Source of the DNA: Roseibacillus sp.
GTDB taxonomy: Bacteria > Verrucomicrobiota > Verrucomicrobiia > Verrucomicrobiales > Akkermansiaceae
DNA length: 64,000 bases
Direction: 5' to 3'
Assembly (NCBI GenBank): GCA_965242925.1
Contig: CBDEUM010000022.1
Coordinates: 128,001 to 192,000 of the forward strand
Shown: positions 59,063 through 64,000 of the stretch, in pieces
Layout: every line of letters starts with the position of its first letter
How positions within the stretch are numbered: position 1 is the first letter of the stretch
Translations under genes and position numbers: made by a program
Notes under the pieces: generated by a model
What the model was told of the DNA's origin: nothing
Databases searched by the model: none
What the model saw: only the letters and a program-made list of their open reading frames with translations

Positions 59063-61822
59063 ATGATGCGACCCCTCCTGAAAAACAACCTTGGTTTCCT
59101 GTCAGTAGTCTGCTGCAGCCTCACGCTTCTGTCTTCATGTAACAAGAAGGAGGACCCATCCGCCGAGGATCCACCCGGTAAAGAGGCGGCTACCAGCGGC
59201 AGTCCTAAATCCGGCCCTTCCCCGGAAGAGCCCGCCTCCGGGCAGACCGCCGAAGAACCCGCACCGGTTAAGCCCAAGGCCCCGGAGGAAACAACGGGCA
59301 ACGAACCCGATACCTCGTCCCCGGATGAACCCGCCACCGTCGCGGTAGGGAATGAAGGCAACGCCGCGGACTCTACCGGTTTCGGAGCCGTCTCCTACTC
59401 CTACCGGATCGGAAAATACGAGGTGACTAATGCGGAGTTCTGCGCCTTCCTCAATGCGATCGCCAAACGGGACCCACACAGTCTCTACGACGGCCGTATG
59501 GCAGGTGAGCAGGGCGGCATTACCCGGACCGGATCTTTCGGGGACTATCGCTACGCCTGCAAAACCGGCTGGGAGAGAAAGCCCGTCAGCTATGTCACCT
59601 GGGAGACCTGCCTGCGCTACTGCAACTGGCTCTCCAATGGCCGGGGTGAAGGGGACACCGAGAAAGGATCCTACCGGATCGAGGGAGGGTCCATATCCCT
59701 CCCCGACCACGCCGCGCTCTCCAAGGGAAAGACCACCAGGTGGGTCCTCGCCAGTGAGAGCGAGTGGTACAAGGCGGCCTACTATGATCCAGGGAAGGAT
59801 GGATCCGGTGGATACTGGCCCTACGCCTGCAAGGGAGGATCGGCCCCGCCATGCAATCTCAGTTCCAATGCCATCCAGGAGGTAGGATCCTATGCCACAG
59901 TCACCGCTTACGGCACCTTCGACCAGAATGGCAACCTGTGGGAATACAATGAGCACCGGTCCGGCAACAAGGTGGGGCTCCGGGGCGGATCCTACTTTAT
60001 CAACGACAACGACAGCTACCTGCGCTCGTCCACGCGCTATGATGTCCTGAGCGCCAAGTGGCCCAACTATGGATTCCGCGTGGTAGCCCTTGGCACCGGC
60101 AGGTCACAAGCCTCCTCCACTCCCCGCAAGTCACAAGCCCCCTCCGCCCCTTCGCCGGCCCCAAAGCCCGAACCGCAGCCCGTCCGCACCAAGGCCCGGA
60201 CATTCTACATCAGCAGCTCAGAGGGAAACGACAACCTCGAGGGCTCGGCACCGACCGCACAGGGTGGATCTGGCCCCTGGAAAACGCTCACCCGAGCGTC
60301 GGTCGAATATATCCCGGGCGATACCATCCTGCTCAAGCGTGGGGACACCTGGGACGAGGAACTTCACCCCAGGGGCAGCGGGACACCGGCTGAACCCATC
60401 ACGATCTCCGCCTACGGCGAGGGAAATCGTCCCGTGATCGACCGGAAGGATTTCCGGAAGGACCTTGCAGGAATTCGTCTCAGGGACCAGGGAGGCTTCA
60501 AGATAAGCGGGATTGAATTCAACCGCTGCCTCACCGGGATCTACGCCGATTACTCGGACGGGGCCCCGACGAAGGAGTTCATCTGGATCGAGGACTGCTA
60601 CTTTCACGACTCTCTCCTCTACCAGCACTACGAGGATTACCCCCGCCGCAAGATCGGACTGGGGATCTGCTTCTTTTCCTACGAACGCGACAACCGGGTT
60701 GTCCTCAAGGACATCACCATCAAGGGCTGCATCTTCCGGCGACTGGCCTCCGGAGTCTGGACCAACAGCCCGGACAACTTCAACAAGAACGCCTCCTACA
60801 TCTACAATTTCGCGAACATGAACTTCGAGAGCTGCCTATTTGAGGAAGGATTCCAGTGGCAGCAGGGCATCCGTGGCGTGGTCGGCGGGTCCATGCGCCA
60901 CTGCGTCACCCACGACATCGGCCGGGGTTTCCGCTCCTTCAATGGCGTGGCTGGATCGATGTTCTTCCGCTGCAAGGACTGGACCTTCGAGGATTGCGAA
61001 TGGGGATTCGTCTCCATCGGCCTGGGCAGCGGCGATGGTGAAGCGTTCGATTTCGAGGGGAACTGCGACAACATGACGATGCGCAATTGTCTGTTCCATG
61101 ACACCGATGGCCCGGGCTTTCTACTCTGCTGCTACGCCTCCGACGGGCATGCCCACACCGGGATCCTCATGGAGAACTGTGTCATCAACGGTAAGTCGAA
61201 GCGACCCATCGGGTTGCCCCGTTGCGCAATTGTCAACACGACGGATTGGAACGAATCCACCTGGGAGGAATGCCGCTTCTACCTCTCCAAGGGGGAAGCC
61301 CTCATGAGGGTGATGGATCCCGAGAAGGAGAAACGGACGAAGTTCGTGAATTGCCTCGTGACCGACTTGAGTGCCTCCTGCTCTACTCCAAACCTCGCAC
61401 TCGGAGCGAAGGCCTCCTCAAAGTCAACGGAACCATCGGCAGGAAAGGCTAATGATGGAAATCCGGGAACCGCCTGGACGGGTAGGGCCGACACCGGGGA
61501 ATGGCTGCAGCTTCTATTCCCCCGCGCCCAGACCGTCAACGAGATCAGGCTCAGGGAGGCTCCAACCTCCTCGATTACCCGCTACCAGATTCAATATGCC
61601 GATTCCGCAACCGGGACCTGGAAAAGCTGCTTCAACGGCATGAAAATCGGCGACGATTTCATCGCACCGATCGTACCGCGCAAGACCAGGGGCCTCCGCC
61701 TGCGGGTCATGACAACGGAAAAGGGGAAACCCTCGATCCGGGAATTCGAGGCCTGCCGGGGCACAGGGCGAATCTTCAACGATGTCAATGGATCCCGGGC
61801 CATTCAGGTGATGGGCAAGTGA
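59063..61822 (+). CDS. Lipoprotein: FGE/sulfatase-modifying-like (C-type lectin fold) + right-handed beta-helix + F5/8-type domain
   Basis: Lipobox LLSSC; 'IGKYEVTN', 'EWYKAAY', 'DQNGNLWE', 'RGGS', 'YGFRV'; 'PGDTILLKRG', 'AYGEG.RPVI'; 'ANDGNPGTAW'. Confidence 0.8.
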   Translation: MMRPLLKNNLGFLSVVCCSLTLLSSCNKKEDPSAEDPPGKEAATSGSPKSGPSPEEPASGQTAEEPAPVKPKAPEETTGNEPDTSSPDEPATVAVGNEGNAADSTGFGAVSYSYRIGKYEVTNAEFCAFLNAIAKRDPHSLYDGRMAGEQGGITRTGSFGDYRYACKTGWERKPVSYVTWETCLRYCNWLSNGRGEGDTEKGSYRIEGGSISLPDHAALSKGKTTRWVLASESEWYKAAYYDPGKDGSGGYWPYACKGGSAPPCNLSSNAIQEVGSYATVTAYGTFDQNGNLWEYNEHRSGNKVGLRGGSYFINDNDSYLRSSTRYDVLSAKWPNYGFRVVALGTGRSQASSTPRKSQAPSAPSPAPKPEPQPVRTKARTFYISSSEGNDNLEGSAPTAQGGSGPWKTLTRASVEYIPGDTILLKRGDTWDEELHPRGSGTPAEPITISAYGEGNRPVIDRKDFRKDLAGIRLRDQGGFKISGIEFNRCLTGIYADYSDGAPTKEFIWIEDCYFHDSLLYQHYEDYPRRKIGLGICFFSYERDNRVVLKDITIKGCIFRRLASGVWTNSPDNFNKNASYIYNFANMNFESCLFEEGFQWQQGIRGVVGGSMRHCVTHDIGRGFRSFNGVAGSMFFRCKDWTFEDCEWGFVSIGLGSGDGEAFDFEGNCDNMTMRNCLFHDTDGPGFLLCCYASDGHAHTGILMENCVINGKSKRPIGLPRCAIVNTTDWNESTWEECRFYLSKGEALMRVMDPEKEKRTKFVNCLVTDLSASCSTPNLALGAKASSKSTEPSAGKANDGNPGTAWTGRADTGEWLQLLFPRAQTVNEIRLREAPTSSITRYQIQYADSATGTWKSCFNGMKIGDDFIAPIVPRKTRGLRLRVMTTEKGKPSIREFEACRGTGRIFNDVNGSRAIQVMGK

Positions 61823-62039
61823 AGCGCACTGGCCTTCTTCTCCATAAAGACTCCCGACTGCGCACCCGGCGACACACTCCCGCACGGAGCCGGATGGTCC
61901 CCCGACAGTTGCAGGGACAATAGCACGGAATACTGCCACAAAAATTCACCATTCCCCACGTAATTGGTGTTTGAGCAGACGAATAATTGTGTTCAGCCTC
62001 CTTCTTACCTTCGGAACTACCGGCTCCATCACCATCGTC

Positions 62040-63482
62040 ATGAACACCAAGTCCATCATAACATTCGCGGCCATCGGCCTGCTGGCGGGATCCCTGGCCC
62101 AGGCCAGGCCCAGGGTCTGGAAAGACGCGACCTCAGGGAGAACCCTCACGGCCGAGTTCGTGGAGCTCACCAAGGACGTGATCAAGGTGCGCCGGCGCGA
62201 TGGCAAGGTCGTCAGCATTCCCCTCTCCCGGCTCACCCCGGACGACATCGCCTTCGCCAGGACGGCGGCCGGGAGCGGTGGCCCGCTGGCCAACGACTGG
62301 CCCAGTTGGCGGGGTCCGAATCGTGACGGCCATTCCGCCGACAAGGGATTGCTCTCCAAGTGGCCCGACGGAGGACCCAAACTGGTGTGGGCCTTCGAGG
62401 ATTGTGGCAAGGGCTACAGCTCTCCTTCCGTGGTGGGCAACCGCCTCTACTATACCGGCAGCAGGAAAGGGAAAGCCGAGATCATCTGCCTGGACGCCGG
62501 CAGTGGTGAGGAAACCTGGGCCACCATCATCGGGACCGATCCCGAGAACGGCTACAATACCGGTTGGGGCGCGGGCACCCGTGGGGCTCCCACTGTTGAT
62601 GACGGCCTGGTCTACGCCATGAATGCCAACGGCGATCTCATCTGCCTCACTGCCGACAAGGGAGAGAAAAAATGGGCCCTCAGCCTGGTCGACGACTTCG
62701 GCGGAGCAGTTCCCAAGTGGGGTTACTCCGAATCCCCCCTCATTGACGGGAACAAGTTGATCGTGACCCCCGGTGGCGAACAGGGGGCCATCGTGGCCCT
62801 CGACAAGAAGACCGGAAAGGCCATCTGGCAGAGCAAGGATCTCAAGGACGGCGCGCAGTACTCCTCCGTGATCGTGGCAGACGTAAAGGGCAAGCGACAA
62901 TACATCCAGCTTTTCATGAAAGCGCTGGCCGGGGTGGATGCCGGGACCGGGGATGTCCTCTGGACCTCGAAGTGGCCCGGCCGGACCGCTGTGATTCCTA
63001 CTCCGATTTACGCAGATGGCCACGTCTACATCAGCTCCGGATACGGGGTCGGCTGCAAGCTGGTGGATATCAGTGGGGGCGAGGCCAGGGAAGTCTGGGC
63101 CAACAAGGTGATGAAGAACCATCATGGAAGCGTGATCAAGGTAGGCGACCATGTTTATGGATTCTCGGATGGTCCGGGACTGGTCTGCCAGAACTTCAAG
63201 ACTGGTGAGCAGGTCTGGAGCGAGCGCGGCCCGGGTAAGAGCAAGGGCGCGGTTCACTACGCCGACGGCATGCTCATCTGTCTGGACGAATCGGAAGGCT
63301 CCTGCTTCCTCGCCAAGGCCTCCCCCGACGGGTTTGAGGAACTGGGACGGTTCCCAATGCCCCGCAAGACCGAGCTGCGGGAGGGGACCAGAGGAAAGGT
63401 CTGGACCCATCCGGTTGTCGTGAACGGCAGACTCTATCTTCGCGACCAGGACCTCGTCTTCTGTTTCGATGTGAAGGGGTAG
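62040..63482 (+). CDS. SHD1-like domain + PQQ-like beta-propeller protein
   Basis: 'RVWKDATSGRTLTAEF...IPLSRLTPDD', 'DWPSWRGPNRDG', 'GYSSP', 'WTHPVVVNGRLYLRD'. Confidence 0.85.
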   Translation: MNTKSIITFAAIGLLAGSLAQARPRVWKDATSGRTLTAEFVELTKDVIKVRRRDGKVVSIPLSRLTPDDIAFARTAAGSGGPLANDWPSWRGPNRDGHSADKGLLSKWPDGGPKLVWAFEDCGKGYSSPSVVGNRLYYTGSRKGKAEIICLDAGSGEETWATIIGTDPENGYNTGWGAGTRGAPTVDDGLVYAMNANGDLICLTADKGEKKWALSLVDDFGGAVPKWGYSESPLIDGNKLIVTPGGEQGAIVALDKKTGKAIWQSKDLKDGAQYSSVIVADVKGKRQYIQLFMKALAGVDAGTGDVLWTSKWPGRTAVIPTPIYADGHVYISSGYGVGCKLVDISGGEAREVWANKVMKNHHGSVIKVGDHVYGFSDGPGLVCQNFKTGEQVWSERGPGKSKGAVHYADGMLICLDESEGSCFLAKASPDGFEELGRFPMPRKTELREGTRGKVWTHPVVVNGRLYLRDQDLVFCFDVKG

Positions 63483-63668
63483 CCTCCAGATTCAAGAACC
63501 CATTCGCGGAATCTTGCCAGCCGGGCCTGGCCATCAACGAAAGGTCATGAGCCTGCGGAGGGGCCTTTCTCAATCCGCCTTCCGGCAGCCTGCACCACCC
63601 CTGCGCGGTCGCGAACTTGTCATTACCTGACATTACAGGCTATTGTTCTTCAACGTTCCGAACTCTCC

Positions 63669-64000
63669 GTGCCTCCGCTCTTCCCGAATCCACCTCCCTG
63701 GCTACGCACTATCCTGATTGCCCTGGCCATGGGACTCGGGGCGGTGCTGATTCTGTTCCCGGCCTGGCTCCCGGACAAGAAGAGCGTCCCCCTCGAGGAC
63801 AGCGTAGTGGAGATCATGCAATCCGCGCTGCTCGCCTTCTCGGCTGCGCTGATGTTTGCCACCGCCCCCCACGCCGGCCCATATCGTGCCATCTACCGGG
63901 CGATCGGATTCCTGACCGTTGCCGCCCTTGTCGCCGAGATCGGGGGAGCTGTTGATGACATCATCGAACCACTACGAAGTGAATACCTGATCTGCGCGCT
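63669..64000 (+). CDS. Membrane protein, 5' part (runs off window edge)
   Basis: Manual translation from GTG 63669: ...LRTILIALAMGLGAVLILFPAW...EDSVVEIMQSALLAFSAALMFA...; three hydrophobic helices, open to the end. Confidence 0.6.
   Translation, partial: MPPLFPNPPPWLRTILIALAMGLGAVLILFPAWLPDKKSVPLEDSVVEIMQSALLAFSAALMFATAPHAGPYRAIYRAIGFLTVAALVAEIGGAVDDIIEPLRSEYLICA

Noticed and set aside
59330..60090. FGE/C-type-lectin domain as a diversity-generating retroelement target
   Set aside because: No reverse transcriptase and no template-repeat copy seen in the window; the domain is internal
1184..63410. Many long antisense or overlapping ORFs (e.g. 22056-23864, 37664-39283, 30260-31621, 8194-9423)
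   Set aside because: They mirror well-supported genes on the opposite strand, have no motifs, and are expected from high GC3 codon bias

Overview
GC-rich, gene-dense bacterial chromosomal segment. Gene content (DUF1549/DUF1553-DUF1501 pairs, PEP-CTERM proteins, fused LpxC-FabZ, DUF1080, SHD1-PQQ propeller, archaeal/eukaryote-type ProRS) points to Verrucomicrobiota; this is an inference. It holds a polysaccharide export cassette (short OPX, Wzc, OM beta-barrel, helical secreted protein) behind a divergent tRNA-Gly pair, and housekeeping genes (mpg, Nif3-like, RluA-type, lpxC/fabZ, hrpA, lpxA, hemL, trxA, recQ, proS, ABC-F, cimA). It also has two tandem DUF1553/DUF1501 modules, a Zn-type binding protein with a Fur/Zur-like palindrome, a secreted trypsin / CxxCH protein / gingipain operon, and a carbohydrate-active cluster around tRNA-Arg(CCT). 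I found no integrase, transposase, CRISPR array or rRNA. Best leads: the protease-heme operon, a shared terminal 'QLQ..W..FR' module that may be a lineage-specific sorting domain, a TxxL-repeat membrane protein with an unannotated 26-aa partner, an A73 tRNA-Gly, and a recombination scar between the DUF1501 genes. Four apparent +1 frameshifts may be sequencing errors. All family calls come from motif recognition by eye, not database searches.
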